From contig NC_068983.1 of NCBI RefSeq assembly GCF_001194135.2, forward strand, positions 107,993,422 to 108,057,421: a DNA stretch of 64,000 bases, written 5' to 3'. Shown one piece after another: positions 23,986 to 37,982 of this stretch (the first letter of the stretch is position 1; each line of letters opens with the position of its first letter). This DNA comes from Octopus bimaculoides. Lineage: Eukaryota. The notes beneath the pieces were generated by a model. The model was not told the origin of the DNA and did no database searches. It worked only from the letters and a program-made list of their open reading frames with translations. Both the position numbers and the translations under genes were made by a program.

Positions 23986-26900
23986 CACACACATATATAT
24001 ATACATACATATGAATATGTATATCTATATATATATATGAACACACTCACATACACATATATAATATATACATGCACAAACATTTGATTAATCATTAATT
24101 TTATTACAACTATCAACATCACCATCTCTTTAAACCATCAGGTAATTCTACTAATCTACCCTCATTCAATAGACATTGAGATAACAATGGAGATTTGGAT
24201 AATTTCAAATAATTCTTTGAGTTATTTATGACATATTTATATTTATTTGTATGCAGAGTATATTTTTTTAATCTTTCAAATAGCGAAAACTCCATTTATA
24301 TATATATATATATACATATATAATAAATATATTTATGTATGTATGTATATACACATATATGTAGAGAANNNNNNNNNNTGTTATCAGTTTAATCAGGGAA
24401 AGGCACTCTCCTTAATATTCCTTTTAATATAAATATGCATTTATTCACTAGTTAAAACATTTACTTTGATAGCGCAAGCTTATCTATTTTTGACATTAAT
24501 TTTACGATTGCAAATATCAGCAACAAATGAAATGATTGCACTTTCTCCTGTTTCATCATTATATTCAATTATATATATATGTGCGTGTGTGTGTGTGTTG
24601 ATCTGCATAGGCACATACACAGAAATGTGCATGTGTATATAGATAGATAGATAGATAGATAGAGCACAACAGAGAGAGGGAAGGGGAGAAAGAGAGAGAT
24701 AGGTAGTGATGGAAACAAATGTAAGTAGGTTTCACATACACACATATATATATGCATGAGTGTGTGTATGTGTGTATATATATATATTTATATATATATA
24801 TATATACATATATAATAAATATATTTATGTATGTATGTATATACACATATATGTAGAGAATTCAAATTGTATGTTGGGCTATATTTATGACGGATAGTGT
24901 GAATTGGGCAGGGTGAAGTACGGAAAGAAGTTAAAGTAGAGAAACATTGAAATTGACAAACGATGCCTGGGGTATTTGCAAAAATATCAGAAGTTACATA
25001 CATGTTGATGGCTGCTGAAACATGACACAAGCTTACCTTATACACTCACACACACATGCAATATTGTGTCAGTCACGCCCACACTCACACACATACTCAC
25101 ATGCATGCATGTTTAGGTATATATGCTTGTATGTATGTATGTGTACATATATCTTTTTTGAATCATTATATTCACATGAGAAAATAATCAAAAACACTAT
25201 GTACACTGATTGGCAGTTGATTGGATATCCAGCCTTAGAAAACATTGAAAATGGAATGTATAAGTGAGATATAGGTAGCAAAACTTCTCAGAAGACAGTG
25301 ACTCTGAAGAGGAGCTGGGTCCATTCATAACAACTTACCTATATAAAAGCTGACATAAAAACAAGTGTGTATTACACTCCTGTTCATTACAGTAGTAATA
25401 TCTACACAGCACTGATCAACTTGGTATGTAAATTCTGCTAAAATAGCACACATCTATTAATATAAATAAATTAAGAATTTATGGTATTTGATGCCTCTCT
25501 TTTTTATTGTTAACATTATTGTCTATTTTAAGGCAGTGAGCTGGCAAAACTGGTAGCATGCTGGGTAAAATGCTTAGCAGCATTTTGTTTGTCCATATGT
25601 TTCAAGTTCAAATTCTGCTGAGGCCAAACTTGCCTTTCATCCTTTTGGGCTCAATAAAGTAAGTACTAGTTGAACACTGGGGATGATGTAATTGATTTAC
25701 CCACAACCCTGAAATTTTTGGCCTTGTGCCAAAATGTGAAACAAATGTTATTGTATATACTTATATTTATATATATTGTACACACAAATGAAAGAGGCCA
25801 TAGAATTTCTGTCACACTTTGGATCTTAGTCAGAGATCCAAATTGTATTTGTTTCCTGAAACTTAGGTGCAGCGTCACTCACATACATCGTGTAGAGTAG
25901 ATCAGGATTTAGAAACTAACAACCTATCAGTTGAAAGCTTGTTACACTATCAACTTGACCAACTATAGTTCTTGTGTTCTGTGTTCCCCTGCCTTAAAAT
26001 GCATTTTCCATATGGAATGTAATTACAACTAGGCTATCACTACTAGGTATGATTTTGCTTAAAAAATACAAAGCAATTCCTAGTGTATTCTTCTTCTGGG
26101 GAGAATGTTTGGAATACTTCCATGAAAATAAAGAGCATAGAAAATTGAGGAATATTTATGTGCCTGCTTAAAAGTGAAAGAAATAATTTTTCATCAACTG
26201 AACAAGAAGCTGGTGAATAACTGACATTTCAAGCAATTTTCTAGCTCTTCCACAAGAATGGTAATTACTTATAAATATTCACAGGGAAAGAAACAAAAAA
26301 TAATGAAATCAAAATAAAATTTGAGTGCTTTTTATTATAGATTTTAAGCCCTGCAGTCAAAATTGCAATATAACTGAACAATTGTCACACATATGCAAAT
26401 GGATATAGATTTAGGATAGATACATTGAATTAATGGAATATAGAAAAACTCACTCACCAAAATAATAATAAAAAGAAAACAACCTTATTTTAATCAGTGA
26501 ATTTGCCTCTTTTGTATACATATTTTTGATTGAACTATGAAAAGGCTGATGCATAATTGAAAAACAGAATGAGTCCATTATGCATGGGTTTGTGTGTATG
26601 TCTGTACATGTTTGTGAGGGTATAATAGTGTGTATGTAGTGTTGTGTGCATGTGTCTGTGTGTGTTTGTTTTATAAATTATTAACTGGTAATTACATAGG
26701 AGTAAAAATGGAAATTATCTGCTGTTGTGTTCAGGAATGAAATGTACAGTATTTTCTTACTGGAAACTCACTTGAAAAAGATACATTAGATGGATAGTCT
26801 AAATGATAGTATTAATGGCTAAAAATCAATTGTGGTTGGCCAGCTACAGAAAAGGTGTCCTTACAGATAACAAATAGATTCTATCTGTAAGTAAAAGGTA

Positions 26901-27635
26901 CACTTCACATTAAAACGAGAGTTTAGCACATCAATTTTATGAGGGTGGTGGCTTTCTTCCAAAAGTAAAAAGCAACATTTTTTTTTAAAACAGAAAGTAG
27001 TAGACATAATTTATGTTTAAAATGCTATATTTCTTTACACCTGCTAACTGAAGATATTGTAAAGAGTTTGCTGTCTTCCAAGAAAACAGATATGATGATT
27101 CATTAAGGGAATGAGGGTGATGCTGCTATATATATATATATATACACACACACATGTATATATATATAAACATATACATGTGTGCACATATATATATATA
27201 TACATATATATATATAAATGTATATACACACACAGACAGACATACACGTATACACTTATATATACATATCTGCACATATATACATACAAATATGTATACC
27301 CATATATACATAAACATGCAATACACACACACATATGTATATATGCATTTGCATGTATATGAATGCGCATACATTTTAATTTGGCATCCTTGATTTGGGG
27401 TACCGAACTAAATCTGTCATCTTATTTATTAGAAAACCTAGTCTACGATTTTCTTTAGCAGAAACTATCCATTCTGTTGCAAGCATTTGAGCCAGGTTTC
27501 TGATGTATGTTAATTTCCCACTTCCTCCCACTAATCACAGAGGCCCTAAAAAGGCTTGTTACTGCTTCCTCTTCTTTAATCGGATGGAAACTTTCAATTC
27601 AAAAATTCTGTCTCTCATCCCATATATATATATTG

Positions 27636-27694
<59 letters not shown>

Positions 27695-28046
27695 ATGTGT
27701 GAAATGTGTGTGTGTGTGGAGTGGGGGGTCAGCATACATATAAGTATAAAGAGGAGCAAAGAATAGAATACTTAATATTGAAAGTAGAGAGATATATATA
27801 CAGGAAACTGAAAAATTTCAAATAGTTGTTTTGAGATTTTCATTGCAGATATTGAGAAAATTGTGGAAAATGAATATAACGTTTAATGATCAGAAAGTAA
27901 ATATGTTTGAAGATTATTGTGATCACAGGTTGACTTACATGGAATAATTAAGAGCATTATCTATTAATGAAGTAACAGTGGTACTAATTTATGCCAAAAA
28001 CTGTGGCAGAGTGGCAAACACAAATAAAATGCACACACACACACAA

Positions 28047-28080
<34 letters not shown>

Positions 28081-28348
28081 TAATATATATAACCATATGT
28101 GAAAATGATGTTATAAACAATAGCTATTAATATTTCAGGTAAGAATACCCACCAGATGTAAAAGAATTACAGTGGTATTGCAGCCAACCAGATGTGCTGC
28201 ATGATTTCCATAGATGACTCTATCCAATTCTTCTATCATTCACGAGCTATTTTACCTGTTACAAATTTTATCCATTATTCAAAGCCTCATTTGTTATTGA
28301 GATTCTTAAAGATGGTGTCCAATATTCTCATTGCTTCAAACAGACCAG

Positions 28349-28379
<31 letters not shown>

Positions 28380-28463
28380 CAATATCTATCTACCATCTAT
28401 CTATTGAAATATATATACACACACACACACAGAAACACACACATCTATCTATCTATCCATCCA

Positions 28464-28522
<59 letters not shown>

Positions 28523-29830
28523 NNNNNNNNNNNNNNNNNNNNNNNNNNNNNNNNNNNNNNNNNNNNNNNNNNNNNNNNNNNNNNNNNNNNNNNNNNNNNN
28601 NNNNNNNNNNNNNNNNNNNNNNNNNNNNNNNNNNNNNNNNNNNNNNNNNNNNNNNNNNNNNNNNNNNNNNNNNNNNNNNNNNNNNNNNNNNNNNNNNNNN
28701 NNNNNNNNNNNNNNNNNNNNNNNNNNNNNNNNNNNNNNNNNNNNNNNNNNNNNNNNNNNNNNNNNNNNNNNNNNNNNNNNNNNNNNNNNNNNNNNNNNNN
28801 NNNNNNNNNNNNNNNNNNNNNNNNNNNNNNNNNNNNNNNNNNNNNNNNNNNNNNNNNNNNNNNNNNNNNNNNNNNNNNNNNNNNNNNNNNNNNNNNNNNN
28901 NNNNNNNNNNNNNNNNNNNNNNNNNNNNNNNNNNNNNNNNNNNNNNNNNNNNNNNNNNNNNNNNNNNNNNNNNNNNNNNNNNNNNNNNNNNNNNNNNNNN
29001 NNNNNNNNNNNNNNNNNNNNNNNNNNNNNNNNNNNNNNNNNNNNNNNNNNNNNNNNNNNNNNNNNNNNNNNNNNNNNNNNNNNNNNNNNNNNNNNNNNNN
29101 NNNNNNNNNNNNNNNNNNNNNNNNNNNNNNNNNNNNNNNNNNNNNNNNNNNNNNNNNNNNNNNNNNNNNNNNNNNNNNNNNNNNNNNNNNNNNNNNNNNN
29201 NNNNNNNNNNNNNNNNNNNNNNNNNNNNNNNNNNNNNNNNNNNNNNNNNNNNNNNNNNNNNNNNNNNNNNNNNNNNNNNNNNNNNNNNNNNNNNNNNNNN
29301 NNNNNNNNNNNNNNNNNNNNNNNNNNNNNNNNNNNNNNNNNNNNCTTCCTGTTTCTGTTGTGCCTGTAATTCAAAGGGTCAGCCTTGTCACACTGTGTCA
29401 CGCTGAATATCCCCGACAACTACGTTAAGGGTACACGTGTCTGTGGACTGCTCAGCCACTTGCACGTTAATTTCACGAGCAGGCTGTTCCGTTGATCGGA
29501 TCAACTGGAACCCTCGACTTCGTAAGCGACGGAGTGCCAACAACAACAGATAATTGCCTGAGGTAATGCTGTTATAAGTAAGAAGAGGGACTAAAATTGT
29601 TGTTGCTGGATAGATTTATGGAATTAAAATTGCTGACGAAACTTGTAAAATTTTTACAGCATAAACAGCTTACCTCAACCCTATTTTTATTAATATGCTT
29701 ATGTTGTTTATGATATCAGAAAATGGACAGAAATTAAATTTAAGAAATCTCTAGAGCAGAGCTTCTCAATGTGGGTGATACAGCCCCCCAGGGGTGCTGG
29801 GCATATTGAAAAGGGTGATAGGCATTAGGG

Positions 29831-30159
29831 CAGAGGTTCTCAAACTTTTTGAGCCACCACCCCTTTAATAGCCACATAATAGCCTCAGTGCCCCCATCCC
29901 TATTTTTATGTATAAATAAATATTCTATATTTTACTAATTTATATATAATATGAATCATTTGACATTTAATATAATACTATATAATTTGTATACAATACT
30001 ATAATAATATTATAAATTCATAGCATCCCCCAATCAACTACATTCCTCCCAATGCCTCCTTTTTCTCTATCCCCCCTCACCAACCCTTAGACACCAGCAC
30101 CCACCTGGACCCTCTCAACGCCCACCAGAGGATGGTAGCACCCACTTTGAGAACCTATG
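29831..30159. mobile_element. hAT (Charlie-like) MITE with 8-bp target-site duplication
   Basis: TIRs CAGAGGTTCTCAAAC / CTTTGAGAACCTATG; TSD CATTAGGG (29823-29830) vs CTTTAGGG (30160-30167). Confidence 0.8.
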
Positions 30160-32059
30160 CTTTAGGGGATGGCGATAAGGAGAAGAAGGGTGGGTGGGGT
30201 GAGGTAACAGAATCAGCATATTAAATTTTACCTATAGTAGTAATTATGTTAAACATGACAAAACTAGTAATGATTATTAGAATGAAATGAGATCTCATCA
30301 GGCACAGAGAAGTCATTAACTTTTGTCTTCATTAATTTGCTAAATATCTAGCTAACTAACCAATCATTTGTTTAATGGATTGGTTAAACAACCAATTAGT
30401 TGTTTGTTAGTGAAAGTCTTTTTATTGCTATTCGTAACCTATTCAGTGACATACCCTTTCTCTCTCTCATTACACTGAATAAGTCCAAGATATGATCTTC
30501 AGTGCAGTTAACATCCATTAAATGCTTACATATTGGTCATCAGTATGCTGATATTTTATCGTTATATCATTGATGACAAATATGTAATTATGATTCACAC
30601 TAAATAATAATTGTAAGTAATGTTATAGTAGATTCTACATAAAAAAAAAAGTACTAGGGTTGATTTATTGAACTAAAAATTCCTCAAAGTGGTGCCCCAG
30701 CATGGCTGCAGGCTAATGATTGTAGCTGATTAAAGATAAAAGATAAATGACACAATTCCAAATACATCTAGTAATTGCCTAAACTTATAAAGCTTAGAAA
30801 ATAGACCCACATGTCACCTTACGCAATGTTCACAAGTAAAAAAATAAAGATATATCAGATTTTAACTTGTATATAGTATACTGCAATATTTCTGCTTATA
30901 AACAAGTACTTTAAAAAATAAACTTAGCCCAGCAACATTTAATTATCAATAAATATTTTTTTTATCTTCAATATATTCTATTAGTTCGCAAGCATTCAAT
31001 TCTTCTGAACTTTAAACTGCCTAGTAAAGCAGTTTAAAGTACAAAGTAAATGATTTAAGGATTACTACTTTCTCTATCTAAGATAATTTAATCAGGCATA
31101 CAGAGGCTGCAAAAAATTAGATACAAATTAAAAAGATGCAATAATTAATGATGATATATTCTACATAAATGGATTTTAAGTGAAATATAGTCTAGTAAAT
31201 AGTAAAACAAAGGATCTGAACTTTGAAATATATTTTATAGATTATCTACATCAAAAACAGAAATTTTGCAGTATAATATATTATTTCTGGTATCAGTTTG
31301 AACAGAACAAAAGCGCACGCAAAATAAATAAATAAAATAAATAGGTAGTTTTATTTAATCCTCCACCCACACAAAAAAAAAACTGGTTTTTATTTATTAA
31401 TTATAAAATTTTAAGACCCGTTCACTATTCTACCACAAAATTGATTTTTATGAACTAATTATTAATGTATAACAGGATACTTATATTAGACTAAAGCATT
31501 ATTTGATACAAGAATGAAAACTAAAAGACAAAGAAAAATGCATTTTAGAAATTGCTTAAGATAGGCTTTATAATTTCAAAAAACTAAAGAAATCTTCATC
31601 TAGTTACATGTGAGCCATAAGTCTTCCAGCCATCTTACTGTGAGACATGTAATCACAGAATTGAGATTCAATTTTAAAGATTAAAATGCATAAGGCAAAT
31701 AATATATCAATGAACTCTAATGTTTACTTTTTAGTAAAGAACAGATCTAAAATCAAACTATCTTAAAAAGTTACATAAAAGATGTAAGCTTTTAAGAAGA
31801 AAAACCAAAAAGACAGTAATAATATCATAAGATCACATATTGCACACCTAGTAGCCTTCACATGTCCCCTGCTTTCACCGCACATGTTCCACTAGTGTGT
31901 AGCATAACTGTCCATATCGACAAATGCTAAGTACAAATGCTGGTTTATTTTTCACTAAATGATTCTTTTGCAGATGTCTTACTAGGAAGATAGTGTCAGT
32001 AGTACTTCTCCCAAGTACAAAACCAAATTGCATCTAGGTTAAATCGTTTACTCATTAGC

Positions 32060-32800
32060 TGAGCTTTGATTCTTTCTCTTACTTTCATAACCTGGTCCAG
32101 AAATTTGATACCCCTGTAATTACTTCTGTCTCAGGCATCTCTTTTACATTTGTAGCAGTTGACCATAATGCTACTATACCAGTCGTTGGGTATGACTGCT
32201 TCCTGGACAACCTGATTAATTGTACAGGTTACTTGGCCATACCCCACTCTGCAAGAAGCATTAAGCATTTTGGCAGTAATTCCTGATAGGTTAGGAGCTT
32301 TTACTACCTTAAACTTAATTGCTTAATCTATTATGCTGCTGGCAACTTGAAGAGATGACCCATCTGTTAGGTCCATATTAAGAAAACTCTCCTTCTCCCA
32401 TATATTCTTCATAGTAGCCTTTCATAGTGGCTCTTCCATGCCTCTTTCTTTGTAGAATCACAAAATACAAGCATACCATCATCAATTCAAACATACTTCT
32501 CTCCAAAAATATGATTTTCTTTGGCACACTGTCTTGCAATCTGCAATACATCATGGTTCTGATCCCTACACTGTGAAGCATTGGCAAATTTTTTTCATTT
32601 CTGCTCCTCCCCTAGCTAAATATAACTGTTGTATGCTTTTCTACCTATCTAATAAAGTTCTCTGTTCCCCACTCTTTTAGACCTTCCAGGCTTGATTCTT
32701 TGCTCTTATGGTTGAGTCTACTTCATTTTTCTACCACCATGTCACCATGTCTTTAAAAGGGATTTTAGTCCTATGATTAGCATCTTTTCATGCATTCTGA
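32060..32800 (-). mobile_element. RTE-clade LINE fragment (linker and RT N-terminus)
   Basis: KAPNLSGITAKML...VVQEAVIPNDWYSSIMVNCYKCKRDA*DRSNYRGIKFLDQVMK (cf. KAPGPSGI.AEML...IP.DW......YKGKGD......YRGI.LL). Confidence 0.85.
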
Positions 32801-34412
32801 TAGTTCAGCTTCTTTCATTATCCAACCAGAATTATGAGGTTTCAGTTCTAAAGTTATGAGAAAAGATTGTATTAAGATTCGCTACATCAAAAGATACAAT
32901 CAGAGTTTTTCATTGAGTGGTTTTGGAAGGTGAACTTTCAAAACTGCCATCATAAGCGATTAATTTAATTTGATTCCCTTTAATTTCTCTTTTCTTCTTG
33001 CAAGATAAAATTATCCTAAACAATTAAAACCACTAGCATATTTTTGTAAAAACGTAAATATTTTCTTTTTACTTATTAATGATAAAGCTCTTTTCATGTC
33101 ACCAACGCTCACTTATCTCCAAGCAAGGTAATATTACCCATGACTAGACACATTTACCATGGAAGACTCAAAGCAAACAACATTGCTTTTCTGACAGTGG
33201 TGCTTGTTTACAACCACCATGTGAAGTGAAGACAAGGATATACACAAATATAAACACACCACACACACATGCACATTTATGACAGGCTTCTTTCAGTTTC
33301 CCTCTCTCAAATCCACTCACAAGGCTTTGGTCAACCTGAGTCTGTATTAGAAGACACTTGTCCAGAATGATGCACAATGGGATTGAAATTAAGATTTCAA
33401 GGTTTGGAAGCAAATTTCTTAACCACACTCACACACACATAAATAAACCTAAATTCTTACATCTGCAACTAGTTCTTCTAAATGGTGCAAGCAAAAGATT
33501 AGATATTACTATCACTATTACAATGATACAATGTCTATCTTTCACACAGCTTCAATAAATGGTAAATTCAAAAGAAATTGTTCACACACAACTGTATCAG
33601 TTTATTTTAGTATGCTAATGATCATAATAATAATAACAACAACAAAACCCAGATTCTTTTGTAATAAATGAGAGCTGTTTAAAACAAAATGTCAACTGGT
33701 GCCTAACAAAGAAAAACGATATTTCAATATTTCTGATAGTATGATCATCATTGATATTAAAGTCTACAACATTTGTAACAGCTAAACAAGTCTACACCAA
33801 GTGACTCTTGACAGGTTACAAGTTAGAAGAGTTTGCAAAGTAATATGAATACTGGATGAATGGAGCAAGATAATATTATCAATAAAGTAATAAAGTAATG
33901 CATGAGACTGAATAATAGAACGATAAACAAAGGATGTTGGCAGTGAAAGCAACAAATGAAATAAAAACAAAAGAAATAGATACAACATAAAAAAAACCTA
34001 TTGCATTTAATAAAATGGTCAATGGTATATAGGAAGCAAACCCCCCCCCAAAAAAACAAACAAACTAATAAAAAAGCTGTAATGGAGCTAGTTTCTCATC
34101 ATCTGGGACAGTATCATTCTACCCTTTTCAGTGGCATGCCACTTTGAGATCTGTTTAATATTCTGCAGTCCACCCTTGGTTGAATAATATCAAAGATAAT
34201 CACAATTCAGAGCTTATATACACCAACAGAACCATTGATTTAGACTAAGTTAATATATGCACAACAGCAGTATAGTTGACAGAAATAGCTTTCACTAAGC
34301 CTTTTTTTTTTCAGTAGGTTTATCACATTATTCCAAGGAAAATTAACACCATACTCTTTACATTTTCCATACATGTCTCAGAATGCAGCTATTTTACAAA
34401 AGCTGTACTTAC

Positions 34413-34445
34413 TTATTCTGTTAATTCTTGCTTGTTCTGATTTTC
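34413..34445 (-). CDS. Candidate 33-nt exon (KSEQARINRI)
   Basis: TTTTAG acceptor, GTAAGT donor, single fully open frame. Confidence 0.3.
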   Translation of the reverse strand, partial: ENQNKQELTE

Positions 34446-36071
34446 CTAAAATTATAATCTGTGTGTTTTAGCAGGAATAAATACACACAATATTTTATTT
34501 TATATTATATCAAATGTTGAGATTAGTGCTGACAAGATTAAAATTGTTACTCTCATACAAGTCACAAAAGTTTATTTCACTTATAGCTTGAAGAAAATAA
34601 ATAAATGAATGAATAAATAAATAAAATAAACAAAATCATGATTTTGCCAACAGAAATGCATCTAATGATATATTTATGCCAGACACATTTTAACCAAAGC
34701 AAGTGCATTGTCATCAGCAATAAAAACAGATCCACAATTATCTCTAATTTTCATTATATAAAATTACCCTTTGAATTGACTGTGTTTGGACCAGCTAGTA
34801 TTTACGCAGAAAATAATGTCATCTGTTTTAATAAATAAAATTAACAATATACCACAGGTCTACATCAGTGAAGTGAATATAAAAGATGTCTTAGTTACAA
34901 ACCCTTATATTACTGCAAGTAATGCACAAGTAGGCTGCATGTTTTATAAATATTTATGTTATGTTTATTAGGCCATTGTATTTCATAATGAATTAAGAGG
35001 AATAATGTAGCAATATTGATTTCTTTCTTGGATACAGAAGCCTTTTTGTTTGTTTTGTTTGACCAGCTTAATGACTAAAGATTTAAATACACATATTTTA
35101 TCAAATCTGGAAGAATAACACAATCTCTCTATAGGATTTGGAATCAGAGTCATGAGAAAAAAACTGAATAAGAGATTTTCTTAAAGCTAGTAAGTCTATT
35201 GATAATCTGTGAAAAGTTGACAATGCTAATATGGTAAAATAATATCAAACTTCACAGAACGGACTGCACTGTTTTCAGAAATAATTTTGGAGATGAATAT
35301 TTCTCATATAAGAGAAAGTGGTCAAAATATACAATTATTCCTGAGCAATTTTTTTCTTGGAAGGTAAAGTAAAATTAGAATTTGTAGCTTATGGTAGTTA
35401 AAAAATAGCAGAGATAATTATGTAATAGATTTGTGATATTTTTTCTTAAATACTGGCACATCTTACACATGCACTATGCAAAGAAATCATTAATACACAT
35501 GTACCAGTCTGTTTATACACATACACTTTATATGTTTAAATAGTAGATAGAAACCTGTGTAGAGCTAGCTTATGTCCAAACAAACAGTCTTCTCACCATT
35601 TCACCTATTACATACATGCAAATTCAATTGATTAACTTCTAATGTTTCTGGCAGAAGATCTTTCATAACTAACTTAGTACTGATTGTCCCCCAAGATTAT
35701 TTGAATAATTTAAGCCTTTATAATGCCTTTATAATTCCCCAAAAATCTCTCTTGATTTAACTTTGTACATGATAGTAATACAAATTAAATGGTTTAACTA
35801 CAACTGTTACTACAAAGGATTATTTTGTTGCTGTTGTTGTTTACAATGAATTTTATGTGTGACATAGCAACAGATAAAAATTTGGGTTTTACCATGTTTT
35901 GCACAGGATAGGAAAAGCTATTGTTTTCTGCTTTTAGTTTATTTTTGCTAATATATTACTTGGGAGGCATTTTAGTGTCCACTCCTTGACATTAGAAGGA
36001 AATTTAATATATTTTTCAAACATGGTTACTCAAAATTAAATATAGCTTCCTCTTAAGGAACTGAGACTTAC

Positions 36072-36183
36072 AAACAGGAAAGCAACAGATACATTCTTAA
36101 AAAGTTTGAAGAACTTTTTGAAAATTTTGCAAACAGAAATATATCGTTATACAAAACATGATTTGTATGGATGAATGGACTCT
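36072..36183 (-). CDS. Candidate 112-nt exon (SPFIHTNHVLYNDIFLFAKFSKSSSNFLRMYLLLSC)
   Basis: GTCGTTTTTACCAG acceptor, GTAAGT donor, single open frame; low GC. Confidence 0.3.
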
Positions 36184-36212
36184 CTGGTAAAAACGACAAA
36201 TTATTATTATTA

Positions 36213-36249
<37 letters not shown>

Positions 36250-36700
36250 TGAGTGACAGAGCAATGCATTCCACCAAAGTGACACTGGGGTACAAATATA
36301 CAAAGCCCAATATACCCATCATGACTAACTGTCTGATAAGGGTACACCAGACACATGCATCACAACCATATGTGCACAACATGGTAACCTTGTAAAGCAG
36401 TGCATGACCTTGCAGGTGAGGCCCAGTTAGAATTTTCTTCAAGTAGCCAATCCTGCTCAAAAGGTCCCTGAATAAGAGTTGTTTAAGGGTGTTGAACGAA
36501 ACACCCATGTTTCCAGAGGTGAATTATTCAATTCCTCTCAACACATGGCTATGATGCTCCTCCACTATTCCTGCATATGATCAGAGATGCACATATTGTC
36601 TTCCACCAAAGGAACATGCTCAAGTTGTTGAGGTCAAACAACTGACAGGCAAATCTGTGGTATTGAGCAGAATATTTGCTGTAACCCATCTTTCATACCT
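36250..36700. repeat. Unclassified GC-richer interspersed repeat following a (TTA)n tract
   Basis: Abrupt composition change after the microsatellite; no motif assigned. Confidence 0.3.
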
Positions 36701-36783
36701 AGACAAAATATGTACATTATAGCATTTCTAATCGGTTAAGATTAGAAGCCATGAGAACCAATGCATAGTATTGCACCAAGGCA

Positions 36784-36828
<45 letters not shown>

Positions 36829-37933
36829 AGGCAAACTTATTGTTATTATTATAAAGCAACAAACTGGCAGGATCTTTAAAACATTGGACACAATGCCTTG
36901 AGGTATTAATTCTAACTCTTTAAGCTCTGAATTCAAATCCTATCTGAGTCAATACTGCCTTTCATCTCTCAGGGGTCAATAAGACAAAGTATCCATTAAA
37001 TATTGGAGTCGATGATAGTGACTAAATCCCTCCTTTCAAAATTGTTGGTCTTGAACATAAATCAGAACTAATTATTGTTGTTGTTATTATTAACTCCGAG
37101 TTCAAATTCTGCCAAGGTTGACTTTGCTTTTCATCCTTTTGGGGTCGATAAATTAACTACCAGTGATACACTGGGATCGATATAATCAACTAGTCCCCTC
37201 GTCATAAATTTCAGGTCTTGTGCATTTAGTAAAAGGGATTATTATTATCATTAATTATTATTATTACTACTTTTACTGAGAGAGAGCAGTGCATACCATC
37301 AAAGTGACACAAGTCCAAATACCCATCATCATCATCATCATCATTATTATTATCATTATTATTTTATTTATAAGGCAGAAAGCTTGCAGAATTGTTAGTG
37401 TCAGACAAAATGTTTTGTGGCATTTCTTTTGGTTCTTTATGTTCTGAGGTCAATTTTGCTTTTCATCCTTTTGGGGTCGATGAAATAAGTAGCAGTTGAA
37501 CACTGGAATCGATGTAATTGACTCATCCTCTCCCGCAAAAATGTTGCCCTCATGGCAAAATTTGAAACCATGATTATTATTATTGCTATTATTAATGCTT
37601 TCCAGCATTTGTTCGATCACTTTACATCATGAGTTCAAATTCCACCAGAGTTAGCTTTGCTTTCTATCGTTTTTTAGTTGATAGAAAAGCAGTCAAAAAC
37701 ATAGCTGATGGTATCAACTAACCCTTTCCTTTAGAACTGCTGGCCTTGTGCCTACATAAGAAACTGTTACTATTATCATCATTGTTGTTATTATTTTTAA
37801 TAGAAGTAGAGCTTTTAGAGGTAGTAGTAGCAGCAGCAGTATTTAAATGAAAACACAGATAACAAGAATTGGCACACAGGGCTCCATCAGTATATTTACT
37901 TAGGCCCAGTACACACTTTATTAGAAAACCTAC

Positions 37934-37982
37934 TGTTGTCAGAAATTCAACCATTAAACCAGCTTCAAAGCAATCAACAAAG
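37934..37982 (-). CDS. Candidate 49-nt exon (FVDCFEAGLMVEFLTT)
   Basis: TCTCTTTGTTTTTTTAG acceptor, GTAGGT donor, single open frame. Confidence 0.3.

Noticed and set aside
25339-25349. GFYIVFDKDN resemblance to the aspartic protease C-terminus (FYVVFDR) if this 11-nt unit is joined to 23424-23439
   Set aside because: The flanking sequence does not continue the homology and the unit breaks the main chain's frame; no gene name assigned.
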